54,954 nucleotides of DNA from an uncultured Candidatus Saccharibacteria bacterium (GCA_964450705.1 CAYVDB010000002.1:1-54954); one strand, 5' to 3'; positions 9,671-18,880 are shown, numbered from the stretch's first letter. Notes: generated from the letters alone by a model not told the origin. Numbers and translations: made by a program.

Positions 9671-10966
9671 ATGAACCGCATTTTGGCTGTGATCTACATG
9701 GCCGTCTATGCGGCCATGGTAGCCTGCGGAGGCGGAGAAGGTGGGCAAAACCCCACCGAACCGCCGACGAAAACCCCGACCATCAATATCACGCTCACGC
9801 TTGATACGAGCGTGACCAACTTCCCCGGCGCAATGCTTCGCGCGAAGGGAGATGTCCGGGATGAGACAGGAACTCCAGTCTCAACAGGGATGACGTGGGA
9901 ATTGAACGGAGTAGCAATTGGAGAGGTGGGAGAGGTCGAAAAGACCCTCACCCCCGGTAGCTACAGCCTCTGCCTTTCCTTTAGAGGGAAGAAGGAGTGC
10001 AAGGATGTCTCAGTAGCAAGTCCCCAGCCTGTGAGAGGAAGGGTTTTTGAAGTCTCCTCAAGAGGCGTCGGAATCCCTTCGGGACTCAAAGTCTGCGCAA
10101 ATTGGGGAGGTTCTCCTGAGTGCACAGACGTTTCACCGGCAGGTGAATACTCTCTCGTAACGCGCTTCACTCGAAGCGACTCGATTGAGTTCTCTGTCCG
10201 TTGTAGTGGCGCCTGCCCTAACCTTGTTGTGCCAACCGATACCGTCTCTCGAGACGAATTCGGCTCAGTCAAGAACTTCTCTGTGCTCAACAAGAGGTGG
10301 GAGGTGCTCCAAGGGTCTTGGAAGGGTTCTGTCGTGAGTATTAGCCCTCAAAAGGCTTATGCACGCGCCCTTGACGGCCTCTCATTCTGGAATGAGGACC
10401 GTCGGTACTTCTGGCGTCAACAGGATTTCCCCATCAAGGTTTTCTTTGACCGGGAAACCTATGGGGTGCCTATCACCGCCGAAGATTCCATCACGTTTTG
10501 GAGCTACTTGAACGAGATTGAAGCTGAGGCTGGTAAGGATCTTTTCACTCCTGGGAACGCCGAAGGCATGACCGTGACAAGGAATCCTCCAGGATTGCCC
10601 GCCTATCAAGGCGGTATCGGGATTACGGTACGTCCTGATAGCTTTATTGCACGAGGAAGTGCCTTGCCGTCTGGCAAAGAGACTCTTGGAGGAGGAGGAG
10701 CCTACTTCAGCCTTCACCCTCTTTCAAGCATCCGAGTCAGGTTCGTAGTAAAGCACGAACTCATGCATGCCCTGGGATTTGGGCATACTCCCCATCAGTC
10801 GTGGTACCCGGGAGTTATGACCAACTTCCAGAAAAACTGGGAACCCACGCACGGCTACCTTGCTCTTGAAGAGGTAGCCTACATGGAAGCCTGGTATGTG
10901 TTCATGGAGCTCGCATGGCGGGAGAAATCCTCAACCATGCTCGACCTCCTTGGGAGTGGTGGATAG
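9671..10966 (+). CDS. metzincin-type zinc metalloprotease lipoprotein (GC-rich, likely horizontally acquired)
   Basis: Has the HELMHALGFGH motif (HExxHxxGxxH). Lipoprotein-like signal MNRILAVIYMAVYAAMVAC|GGG. G/C-ending codons dominate, unlike the neighbouring genes. Confidence 0.8.
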   Translation: MNRILAVIYMAVYAAMVACGGGEGGQNPTEPPTKTPTINITLTLDTSVTNFPGAMLRAKGDVRDETGTPVSTGMTWELNGVAIGEVGEVEKTLTPGSYSLCLSFRGKKECKDVSVASPQPVRGRVFEVSSRGVGIPSGLKVCANWGGSPECTDVSPAGEYSLVTRFTRSDSIEFSVRCSGACPNLVVPTDTVSRDEFGSVKNFSVLNKRWEVLQGSWKGSVVSISPQKAYARALDGLSFWNEDRRYFWRQQDFPIKVFFDRETYGVPITAEDSITFWSYLNEIEAEAGKDLFTPGNAEGMTVTRNPPGLPAYQGGIGITVRPDSFIARGSALPSGKETLGGGGAYFSLHPLSSIRVRFVVKHELMHALGFGHTPHQSWYPGVMTNFQKNWEPTHGYLALEEVAYMEAWYVFMELAWREKSSTMLDLLGSGG

Positions 10967-10977
10967 TTGTAAAGAAA

Positions 10978-11010
10978 GACCTAATCTGTCGCTAGATTAG
11001 GTCTTTTCTT
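10978..11010 (+). terminator. intrinsic terminator
   Basis: GACCTAATCT (10978-10987) / AGATTAGGTC (10994-11003), followed by TTTTCTTT. Confidence 0.7.
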
Positions 11011-11028
11011 TATCTTTAATGTCTTTTA

Positions 11029-11056
11029 TTGACAAAAAGAATTTTGAGAGTATAAT
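11029..11056 (+). promoter_or_regulatory. near-consensus sigma70 promoter upstream of nusA leader
   Basis: TTGACA (11029-11034), 16-nt spacer, TATAAT (11051-11056). Confidence 0.5.
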
Positions 11057-11078
11057 AGGGTTTAAGAAGATGCAGTTC

Positions 11079-11102
11079 GCCCGAAAGGCGGGCCATTTTT
11101 TT
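11079..11102 (+). terminator. short intrinsic terminator / attenuator in nusA leader
   Basis: GCCCG (11079-11083), loop AAAGG, CGGGC (11089-11093), then CATTTTTTT. Lies ~20 nt downstream of the predicted TSS and 105 nt before the nusA ATG. Confidence 0.4.
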
Positions 11103-11206
11103 AAGAAAAATTAGAATAAGTATAATACTTCTTTATCCTCGCTTGGCTCCGCCACGCTCGGGATGATGATTTTTATAATCATTCGCATTCATTAAAAATC
11201 AACCAT

Positions 11207-12364
11207 ATGTTTGATCTAAAAGTAATAAACTCCGTATTAGAACAGCTCGAAGAAGAGCGTGGTATACCAAAAGAAAAAATAATTGAAGCTATTGAGATGG
11301 CTCTTGCTACTGCGTATAACAAGGAGTACGGAAAACGCGGCAGAATCGTACGGGCAAAGTTTGACTTAAATTCCGGGAAAACCGACTTCTTCCAAGTGAA
11401 AATAGTTGTTGATGATTCATTGGTTATAAAAGTATCTCCTGACGAAGAAGAATACTTTGAGCGCGAAGAAGGAGACGAGCGTCCATTTTATAACGAAGAA
11501 AAACACATCTGGATTGATGACGCTCGAAAAATAAAGAAAGACGCACAACTCGATGAAGAAATTATCTTTCCTCTTGAAAATAAGACTGATTTCGGAAGAA
11601 TCGCATCTCAAACTGCAAAGCAAGTTGTCATGCAGAAAATTAGAGAAGCAGAAAAGGTTTCTGTCCTTGGTGAATACGGAGAACGAGAAGGAGAAATCGT
11701 AACCGGCATGGTTCAGCGCATAGAGCGTGGAACTATATTTGTTGATATGGGGCGTGCTACAGGAATCCTCCCTTATGAAGAGCAAATCCCTGGAGAAAGA
11801 TACTCTCAGGGAGAGCGTGTTCGAGCATACCTTTACCGAGTAGAAGAAAGCCCACGAGGAGTATTTTTGAGACTCTCTCGTTCCCATCCAAAATTCTTAG
11901 AAGAACTCTTCCGACAAGAAACACCTGAAATTGCAAATGGCGTTGTAGAGATAAAAGCAATTGCCAGAGAAGCAGGATACCGTTCTAAAATAGCAGCATA
12001 TTCCAAGGATGATCATGTTGACCCTGTAGGAAGCATGGTTGGCCAGCGCGGGGTCAGAGTCTCAACCGTCATGAGCGAACTTGGTGGAGAAAAGATTGAT
12101 ATTATTGAATGGTCTCCTGATCCAAAGAAATTTATTGAGGATGCGCTTTCGCCAGCAAAAATACTTGGGGTTACTACAGACGAAGAGCAGAAAGAAGCAA
12201 AAGTAACAGTCTCGGAAGACCAGCAATCTCTTGCAATCGGGCGAGGCGGTCAAAATGTTAGACTCGCCGCGAAGCTAACAGGTTGGAAAATTGATATTCA
12301 ATCCGTAAAAGGAGAAGATCTAGGCGCTGGGGCACCAGAATCCTCTACTCAAGAAGTAAATTAA
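11207..12364 (+). CDS. nusA: transcription termination/antitermination factor NusA
   Basis: N-terminal NusA domain (LEEERGIPKEKIIEAIEMALATAY), S1 domain (EIVTGMVQRIERGTIFVDMG) and two KH domains (GQRGVRV, IGRGGQNVRLAAKLTGWKIDI). Confidence 0.9.
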   Translation: MFDLKVINSVLEQLEEERGIPKEKIIEAIEMALATAYNKEYGKRGRIVRAKFDLNSGKTDFFQVKIVVDDSLVIKVSPDEEEYFEREEGDERPFYNEEKHIWIDDARKIKKDAQLDEEIIFPLENKTDFGRIASQTAKQVVMQKIREAEKVSVLGEYGEREGEIVTGMVQRIERGTIFVDMGRATGILPYEEQIPGERYSQGERVRAYLYRVEESPRGVFLRLSRSHPKFLEELFRQETPEIANGVVEIKAIAREAGYRSKIAAYSKDDHVDPVGSMVGQRGVRVSTVMSELGGEKIDIIEWSPDPKKFIEDALSPAKILGVTTDEEQKEAKVTVSEDQQSLAIGRGGQNVRLAAKLTGWKIDIQSVKGEDLGAGAPESSTQEVN

Positions 12365-12404
12365 TCATTACATTAGACAGGAAATAACTTAACTCTAAAT
12401 CATT

Positions 12405-12929
12405 ATGAATCTTTGGCATGATATAGAACCAGGAACTCCAACTGAAGTAAACGTTATTGTTGAGATAGGGAAAGGATCGAAAAATAAATACGAAATCGAC
12501 AAAAAGACAGGGCTCATTGCGCTCGATAGAGCAATGCATACCTCTCAGGACTACCCCTTTGATTATGGTTTTGTTCCTCAAAGTCTTTGGCATGACGGAG
12601 ATCCGCTTGATGTGGTAATACTTTCCACATACCCACTCATGCCTGGAGTTCTTGTACGAGTACGCCCTGTGGCTATTATGAACCTCATTGACGACGGAGA
12701 AGGTGACGACAAAATTATTGCAGTACCTCACGATGACCCACGTTGGGACAATATCAAAGATCTAGAAGATATTAATAAGCACACTTTAAAAGAAATAGAG
12801 CACTTTTTCACTACATACAAAAAGCTTCAACATAAAGAAGTGTCTGTTACGGGTCTCAATAATAAGCAATCTGCAGAGGAAGCTTTTTCTGAGGGTCTCT
12901 CTCTATATAAAGCAAAATTTTCAAAATAG
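12405..12929 (+). CDS. ppa: inorganic pyrophosphatase (family I)
   Basis: Matches EIGKGSKNKYEIDKKTG, DYPFDYGFVPQS and DGDPLDVVIL. Confidence 0.9.
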   Translation: MNLWHDIEPGTPTEVNVIVEIGKGSKNKYEIDKKTGLIALDRAMHTSQDYPFDYGFVPQSLWHDGDPLDVVILSTYPLMPGVLVRVRPVAIMNLIDDGEGDDKIIAVPHDDPRWDNIKDLEDINKHTLKEIEHFFTTYKKLQHKEVSVTGLNNKQSAEEAFSEGLSLYKAKFSK

Positions 12930-13037
12930 GCACTTTCCACAGTCCTCACTTCAGCTGTTCTGGTTTATACTTAGAGAAGTAAGAATTGAAGATAAAATAC
13001 GTCTTCTTAACTTATATAAGTAAAATAAAGTACATTT

Positions 13038-13685
13038 ATGAAATATATCTTGCCCATCGCCACCCTGTGCTTAGCCTTTCTTTTATCAGGATCTACTCTC
13101 TTGGCTCAAGAAAATACTTCTACAGGAGACCAAAGACCTGCTGAACGCGTAGAAGCAATGCAGAAGAAAAAGGAAGAGCAGAAAGCGAACCTCGAAACAA
13201 GAATCGACTCACGGCAAGAAAAACTTGAGAGCCGAAAAAGTGAAATGAGAGAAAAGGCAGAGGAGCGAATAAAGAAAAATGTTGTGTGGATGAAAAAAAG
13301 ACTATCTCTAACAGTTGAACGCCTCGAAACTCTTACTTCAAGGATAGAATCAAGAATTGCAAAACTAAAAGCAAATAAAGAGGATACAAGTGCCGCAGAA
13401 GCTTTGGTAGCCAGTGCAAAAACTAAATTAGCGAGAGCAAAAGCTAATATTATGAAAATTGACGAAAGCGCAACAAGCGCTCTCGGGCAGGAAGAATTAC
13501 GAGGGTCATTTAGCGCCCTACGCACGCTCATGGAGTCGATAAAGACCGATCTTAAAGGAGCTCACGCTGATCTAGTGCAGGCAATTACTAAGATTAAAGG
13601 TCTTCGGATAGGAAACGAGAATCGACCCACGACAACTCCGACCACAACTCCAACAACCACTCCGACCACTACAAGTAGCCAATAA
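13038..13685 (+). CDS. secreted coiled-coil protein with C-terminal PTTT repeats
   Basis: Signal peptide MKYILPIATLCLAFLLSGSTLLAQ, a K/E/R-rich helical body, and the ending PTTTPTTTPTTTPTTTSSQ. Confidence 0.6.
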   Translation: MKYILPIATLCLAFLLSGSTLLAQENTSTGDQRPAERVEAMQKKKEEQKANLETRIDSRQEKLESRKSEMREKAEERIKKNVVWMKKRLSLTVERLETLTSRIESRIAKLKANKEDTSAAEALVASAKTKLARAKANIMKIDESATSALGQEELRGSFSALRTLMESIKTDLKGAHADLVQAITKIKGLRIGNENRPTTTPTTTPTTTPTTTSSQ

Positions 13686-13708
13686 ATTAAAATAAATAAA
13701 AAACTAAA

Positions 13709-14077
13709 ATGGATCCACAAGCACAATACCAAGCTCCTATAATGAATCCAGGAGAACCTCCAAAAACAGAGAGGGCGATTGGTCCGGCAATCGGGATAAT
13801 CATCATAATAATAGTTATTGTTTTGGGCGGACTATACTTTTGGGGACAGCGCCTTCAAATGATGACTCCTCCTGTGCCAACACAAGAAGGCGGAACCGGG
13901 GACACTTCAAATGAGACGAGCGCTGATTTGCAAAGCCAAACACAAATTAACACCATACAAAATCAAGGAACTGACGATTCAGCGCAGTCAATCGAAGCTG
14001 ATCTACAAGCAACAGATGTAAACTCTCTTGGTAGCGAAATGAATAGCATTGAGGCAGACGCCCAGGCATCGCAATAA
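13709..14077 (+). CDS. small single-TM hypothetical protein
   Basis: 122 aa with TM GPAIGIIIIIIVIVLGGLYFW. Starts 23 nt after the previous gene. Confidence 0.5.
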   Translation: MDPQAQYQAPIMNPGEPPKTERAIGPAIGIIIIIIVIVLGGLYFWGQRLQMMTPPVPTQEGGTGDTSNETSADLQSQTQINTIQNQGTDDSAQSIEADLQATDVNSLGSEMNSIEADAQASQ

Positions 14078-14107
14078 GTTATTTCTAACCCCTCACTGCT
14101 CCAAACC

Positions 14108-14132
14108 CCCTCATACGATTATCGTGTGAGGG
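14108..14132 (+). terminator. terminator-like hairpin
   Basis: CCCTCA...TGAGGG with an inner ACGAT/ATCGT pairing. The downstream T-run is weak (AGTTTGCTTT). Confidence 0.3.
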
Positions 14133-14173
14133 AGTTTGCTTTACAAAGACCTTTTGCGTAGACTCTAAAAACT

Positions 14174-15271
14174 ATGGAAAAAACATACAAACAAATAGAC
14201 TTTAAAAGACTCCCCCAATCAGAAATTGAGGTAAAAATTTCTGTTCAAAAAGAAACACTTGAAAAACACTTCAAAAAAGCTCTTGAAAAGTATGGGAAAG
14301 AAGTAGAAATACCTGGGTTTCGAAAAGGCAAAGTCCCCGTGGAAACACTTCGAGGAAAATTTGGAGATATGTATTTCCTTAACCACGCCGCTGAAGATGC
14401 AATCGAAGAAATCTATGAGCAAATTTTGAAAGAGGAAAAAATATCCCCTGTTGGTAGCCCGAAAATCACCATTACAAAACTTGCGCTTGATAATCCTCTT
14501 GAATTCACAATGGTAATCGCCGTTATTCCTAATATAGATTTGCCAGATTATAAGAAGATTGCCAAGGAAGTTTTAACAGAAAAATCTGATGATTCAACTG
14601 TAACTGAAAAAGAAATTGATGAAGTGGTTCTCGAAATACGAAAAAACCACTACCACCAGAAAATGCACGAGAGTGGTGCATGGACAGACCATAATCACGG
14701 CGAGATAGAAGAAAAAGACATTCCTCCTTTGACAGATGAGCTTTCAAAAGGATTTGGAAAATTTGAAAATGTTAAAGATATGCGAAAGAAAATTAAAGAG
14801 CATCTTTATCAGGAAAAAACCAGAAAATTAAAAGAAAAAAAACGAGTAGATATTATCGAGAAAATAATCGAGAGATCAGACATAGATACTCCTCGTGTAT
14901 TAATTGAAAATGAGCTCGATATGATGCTTGCGCAATTTGAAGGAGATCTTGCTCGTGCCGGAGGAACCCTAGACGCGTATTTAGAAACAATTAAAAAAAG
15001 TACGGAAGATCTCAGAGACGAGTGGAGAGACATTGCGTTAAAAAAAGCAAAATCGCAATTAATAATTTCTAAGATTGCTTCTCAAGAAAAAATATTTGCG
15101 GACAGTGAAACAATAAGAAAAGAGGCTGAAAAAATTCTAATACTATACCCTGATGCAGATCCGATAAAAGCTCGAAGCTATGTTGCTTTAATGCTTACAA
15201 ATGAAAAAGTATTCGAACTTCTGGAATCTCTAGGAGAAAAATCTACTGCAATAAAAGCAGAGAAGAAATAG
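14174..15271 (+). CDS. tig: trigger factor lacking the PPIase domain
   Basis: N-terminal ribosome-binding signature GFRKGKVP. The C-domain is present, but only ~25 aa lie where the ~95-aa FKBP domain normally sits. Confidence 0.8.
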   Translation: MEKTYKQIDFKRLPQSEIEVKISVQKETLEKHFKKALEKYGKEVEIPGFRKGKVPVETLRGKFGDMYFLNHAAEDAIEEIYEQILKEEKISPVGSPKITITKLALDNPLEFTMVIAVIPNIDLPDYKKIAKEVLTEKSDDSTVTEKEIDEVVLEIRKNHYHQKMHESGAWTDHNHGEIEEKDIPPLTDELSKGFGKFENVKDMRKKIKEHLYQEKTRKLKEKKRVDIIEKIIERSDIDTPRVLIENELDMMLAQFEGDLARAGGTLDAYLETIKKSTEDLRDEWRDIALKKAKSQLIISKIASQEKIFADSETIRKEAEKILILYPDADPIKARSYVALMLTNEKVFELLESLGEKSTAIKAEKK

Positions 15272-15935
15272 CGATCGCTGCAGTTTCGGCGCGGAGCACT
15301 TGTGGCCCAAGAGAGTATACGCGAATTTCATTTCGTTTAAAAAACATTATCTCTTGGTTGCTCCATCCTCCTTCAGGGCCAACAAAGATACCAAGTGGTG
15401 AATATTTCTGTGCATGTTCGATCGTAAAAATATCTCCTCCTGGATCAAATGCAAAACATGGAAAATTAACATTGAGAGCCTCTTCGAAAGACTTCGTGTC
15501 GAGAATATCTGGCAAAATAGATCTTCCTGATTGCTCACTCGCTTCTTTTATGATTTTGCGTGCACGTTCTAGGTTTATATTCTTCTTTTCGCTTCGTGAC
15601 GAAATTATCGGCACAAACTTAGTAACGCCAAGTTCAGTCCCCTTTTGAAGTATCCATTCGAAATTATCTTTCTTTAAAAGAGAAATGAAGAGATGCACTT
15701 CTCGCACAGCAACCGCCCCTTCTCTCTTGGAAATTATGGAAAACGTGACACTTTTCTTACCAAACTCTTGTATTAAAGCTTTATACTCCATACCAGAGTT
15801 ATCAAAGAGAATGACTTGCCCCCCAACTGTGAAACGGAAAACTTTGCGTAGTTGATGAAGTAACTCAAAATCTTCCACTTCTATTGTTTCACTTTCTAAA
15901 ATAGGATTTGAAACAAAAAAACGATGTAGTCTCAT
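15243..15935 (-). CDS. rsmE: 16S rRNA (uracil1498-N3)-methyltransferase RsmE
   Basis: MRLHRFFV start and the GPEGGW motif (FVGPEGGWSNQEI). 230 aa. Confidence 0.85.
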   Translation of the reverse strand: MRLHRFFVSNPILESETIEVEDFELLHQLRKVFRFTVGGQVILFDNSGMEYKALIQEFGKKSVTFSIISKREGAVAVREVHLFISLLKKDNFEWILQKGTELGVTKFVPIISSRSEKKNINLERARKIIKEASEQSGRSILPDILDTKSFEEALNVNFPCFAFDPGGDIFTIEHAQKYSPLGIFVGPEGGWSNQEIMFFKRNEIRVYSLGPQVLRAETAAIAISSLLLLQ

Positions 15936-15941
15936 ACAAGT

Positions 15942-15969
15942 ACTATAGCCATCTCCTTCTAATTTGCAA
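15942..15969 (-). promoter_or_regulatory. promoter giving leaderless rsmE mRNA
   Basis: Minus strand: TTGCAA (15964-15969), 16-nt spacer, TATAGT (15942-15947), then 6 nt to the ATG (15933-15935). Confidence 0.5.
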
Positions 15970-16013
15970 AAGGGTGTCTTTCGGGTAGTATAGCGACAAT
16001 AACAAAAAAAATT

Positions 16014-16589
16014 ATGCTTATACCAACAGTAATAGAAAAAAGTCAGTTTGGTGAAAGGGCTTATGATATATATTCTCGTCTTTTGAGAGAAAGAATTATT
16101 TTCTTAGGAGGACCGATCGATGAAGACGTTGCAAACATTGTAATTGCTCAGCTTCTTTTTCTGGAATCAGAAGATCCGAAAAAAGACATAAGTCTTTATA
16201 TTAATTCACCTGGCGGAATGATTACTGCAGGTCTTGCGATTCTTGACACAATGAATCACGTGAAACCTGACGTCTCAACAGTGTGCGTAGGTATGGCGGC
16301 TTCAATGGGAGCGGTTATTCTCTCAGCCGGGAAAAAAGGAAAACGTTTTGCTCTACCCAACGCAGAGATAATGATCCATCAGCCACACGGCGGGATTGAA
16401 GGTCAAGCAACAGATATTGAGATAGCGGCAAAAAGAATTCTAAAAAACAGAGAAACTACAAATAAGATACTTTCAAAAAATTCTGGTCAACCACTTTCAA
16501 AAATAGAAAAAGATGTCGATCGAGATTTCTTCATGAGCGCAGAAGAAGCTTTGAAGTACGGAATTATCGACAAAGTGTACAAAAACTAA
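16014..16589 (+). CDS. clpP: ATP-dependent Clp protease proteolytic subunit
   Basis: [22 protein letters not shown], catalytic-Ser context GMAASMGA, and IMIHQPHGG. Confidence 0.95.
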   Translation: MLIPTVIEKSQFGERAYDIYSRLLRERIIFLGGPIDEDVANIVIAQLLFLESEDPKKDISLYINSPGGMITAGLAILDTMNHVKPDVSTVCVGMAASMGAVILSAGKKGKRFALPNAEIMIHQPHGGIEGQATDIEIAAKRILKNRETTNKILSKNSGQPLSKIEKDVDRDFFMSAEEALKYGIIDKVYKN

Positions 16590-16624
16590 GCAACTCTTTA
16601 AAACAAAAAATAAAGCCATAAAAA

Positions 16625-16658
16625 CCCCGCCCTTGATCAAAATCACGGCGGGGTTTTT
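16625..16658 (+). terminator. intrinsic terminator after clpP
   Basis: CCCCGCC (16625-16631) / GGCGGGG (16647-16653), then TTTTT. Confidence 0.75.
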
Positions 16659-16860
16659 AGAAAAACTCTTCTCCTAAAATAGTTTTTAACTAAACTTTAC
16701 AAGTCTCATAAAATCTTATATTGTACGGTTGTTCATCTTTATTGAATTTAATTTGAAACGTTTGCTTGGGGTCTTCCTGATTTTCTACCGTACCCTATCC
16801 CCCTTTCTGCTCAAGAGTTACTTTTGAAAAACGAGATTTTCGGGCGACGTTTGCACATAC

Positions 16861-18390
16861 ATGTCATTAAAAATCATTCTGCTTCTACTTTCTCTTGCTG
16901 CTTCGGCTGGAATTGCTTTTGGATATTTCCTTCGTTGGATTATATCTCTGGGCAAAAAAGGATCTGTAGAACTTGATATAAAAAAAATGCTCCTCGAAGC
17001 AAAAGAGGAGTCAACAAGAATAATCACTGAAGCTGAAGAAAAAGCGGAAGAAACAATTAGAGAATCTCGCGCAGAGATAAAAGAGCGTGAAGAAAAAATA
17101 GAAAAAACAGAAGAGCGTCTCATAAAAAAGGAAGACCTCCTCGACACTCGACAAATAGAAATCGACAAAGAGGTGGAACTTTTAAAAAGTCGCATACAGG
17201 AAGTAAAAAATCTAAAAGAAAAGGCTGACAGCCTTCTCGAAGAAAGAGAAGCCTCACTTGCCAGAATTGCAGGTCTTTCAAAAGATGAGGCAAAAAACGA
17301 ACTCCTGCTACAGATCGAAAAAGAATCTGAACAGGATGCTTTACTTCGTATTCAAAAATTCGAGAGATTTGCAGAAGATCAGATTGAAACTAAAGCTCGA
17401 GATATTCTTGCAACAACAATTCAACGCCTTGCCGCTTCGGTGCCTACAGAAATTATGACCACGACCGTTACTATTCCCTCTGATGAGGTAAAAGGTAAGA
17501 TCATTGGAAAAGAAGGGCGAAACATAAAAGCATTTGAGCGTGCAACTGGAGTTGAGGTGATTGTGGACGATACTCCAGGCGCTATTACCCTTTCTTCATT
17601 TGATCCGGTTAGACGGCAAGTTGCAAGAGTTGCTCTTGAAAGCCTGATCGCAGACGGCAGAATTCAACCAGCAAAAATAGAAGAGGCTGTAGAAAAAGCA
17701 AAACAAGAAATAAATAAAATAATAAAAGAAAAAGGTGAAGCAGCGGTATATGAATGTGGAATATATAATCTCGACCCAAGAATTATATCCATACTAGGAA
17801 GACTCCATTTCAGAACAAGTTATGGCCAAAATGTACTTGAACACTCAATTGAAATGGCTCATATTGCACGAATGCTTGCAGAAGAACTCGGTGCAAATGT
17901 TGTAATTGCAAAAACAGGAGCGCTTCTTCACGACATCGGTAAGGCAGTTGACCATGAAGTTCAGGGTACTCATGTAGAAATCGGCCGTAGAATACTTCAA
18001 AAATTTGGCGTGCATGAAGACGTGGTCAAAGCAATGCAAGCTCATCACGGTGAATACCCTTACGAAACAATAGAATCAATAATTGTTCAAACTGCAGACG
18101 CCATATCGGGAGGTCGTCCTGGCGCACGACGAGATACTGTCGAAAACTATCTAAAAAGACTGAAGGAGCTCGAAGCAATTGCAGGGAGCTTCAAGGGCGT
18201 TGAGAAATCATTCGCAATTCAAGCAGGAAGAGAAATACGAATATTCGTAAATCCAGATGACATAAATGACCTTGAATCAAAAAAGCTTGCTCGAGATATA
18301 GCAAATAGAATAGAACAGGAACTGAAATATCCTGGTGAAATAAAAGTTTCTGTAATAAGAGAGTCTAGGGTCATAGAATTTGCCCGCTAG
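16861..18390 (+). CDS. rny: ribonuclease Y
   Basis: N-terminal TM, coiled coil, KH domain (GKIIGKEGRNIKAFE) and HD domain (LLHDIGKAVDHE). Confidence 0.9.
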   Translation: MSLKIILLLLSLAASAGIAFGYFLRWIISLGKKGSVELDIKKMLLEAKEESTRIITEAEEKAEETIRESRAEIKEREEKIEKTEERLIKKEDLLDTRQIEIDKEVELLKSRIQEVKNLKEKADSLLEEREASLARIAGLSKDEAKNELLLQIEKESEQDALLRIQKFERFAEDQIETKARDILATTIQRLAASVPTEIMTTTVTIPSDEVKGKIIGKEGRNIKAFERATGVEVIVDDTPGAITLSSFDPVRRQVARVALESLIADGRIQPAKIEEAVEKAKQEINKIIKEKGEAAVYECGIYNLDPRIISILGRLHFRTSYGQNVLEHSIEMAHIARMLAEELGANVVIAKTGALLHDIGKAVDHEVQGTHVEIGRRILQKFGVHEDVVKAMQAHHGEYPYETIESIIVQTADAISGGRPGARRDTVENYLKRLKELEAIAGSFKGVEKSFAIQAGREIRIFVNPDDINDLESKKLARDIANRIEQELKYPGEIKVSVIRESRVIEFAR

Positions 18391-18429
18391 CAAGTTTTAT
18401 GTGCTGATTTTTATCAAAATATGGCTCTG

Positions 18430-18457
18430 TTGCACAAAAAAGACCTTCTTATATAAT
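18430..18457 (+). promoter_or_regulatory. sigma70-like promoter upstream of hup
   Basis: TTGCAC (18430-18435), 16-nt spacer, TATAAT (18452-18457). Confidence 0.45.
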
Positions 18458-18562
18458 GTCTGCATACCTTTTTGTAGCCAAAAAATGAGCAGAGACCCTC
18501 AAAATATGGCTCGATAGGAAGAACCATGTGCCCCCTATCAGTAGTGTTAATTGGACCACCTT

Positions 18563-18835
18563 ATGAATAAAGCAAGTATTGTGGAAGCTGTTCACGAGAA
18601 AATAGGCGGAACAAAAGTTCAAGCTGAACAAGCAGTAGAAGTTATGATTGAAACGATCGTAACCACTCTCAAAAAAGGAGGTGAAGTATCTATCGCCGGA
18701 CTTGGAATTTTCTCAACAAAAACTCGCGCAGCTCGCCAGGCTCGTAATCCGAGAACTGGAGAAACCATCCAGGTAAGTGCAATGCGAGTGCCGAAGTTTA
18801 GAGCGGCAAAAGCATTAAAGGACGCCGTAAAATAA
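18563..18835 (+). CDS. hup: DNA-binding protein HU
   Basis: MNKASIVEAV...GLGIFSTKTRAARQARNPRTGETIQV. The ORF-track start at 18551 is a TTG; the ATG at 18563 is preferred. Confidence 0.9.
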   Translation: MNKASIVEAVHEKIGGTKVQAEQAVEVMIETIVTTLKKGGEVSIAGLGIFSTKTRAARQARNPRTGETIQVSAMRVPKFRAAKALKDAVK

Positions 18836-18850
18836 AGCTCCTTAACAAAA

Positions 18851-18880
18851 ATCCCCTCTATAAACTAAGGGGATTTTTGT
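18851..18880. terminator. bidirectional intrinsic terminator
   Basis: ATCCCCT (18851-18857) / AGGGGAT (18868-18874), flanked by an A-run and a T-run. Sits between the convergent hup gene and the 18885-19355 gene. Confidence 0.7.

Noticed and set aside
9589-10717. An overlapping plus-strand ORF (9589-9804) and three antisense ORFs (9706-9951, 9961-10293, 10382-10717) lie within the GC-rich island.
   Set aside because: High GC content suppresses stop codons in all frames. The metzincin frame has the SD, the signal peptide and the HExxHxxGxxH motif, and the others have none of these.
9671-10966. The GC-rich gene might be an assembly chimera or contaminant fragment.
   Set aside because: The compositional shift coincides with the limits of one intact ORF and is flanked on both sides by host-like AT-rich promoter and terminator sequence. 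A chimera junction would not respect gene borders. This still needs a read-mapping check.
11070-11105. An 11-codon mini-ORF (MQFARKAGHFF*) in the nusA leader might be a leader peptide.
   Set aside because: It has no SD, and the ORF is composed largely of the terminator hairpin itself. No regulatory codon run is present.
16818-17195. A 125-aa antisense ORF lies over the rny 5' end, and similar Ser/Phe-rich antisense ORFs occur at 13106-13531, 38540-38890 and 39343-39729.
   Set aside because: These are mirror images of K/E-rich coding regions (AAG/GAA codons read antisense as Phe, Ser and Leu). They are artefacts of low-complexity sequence.
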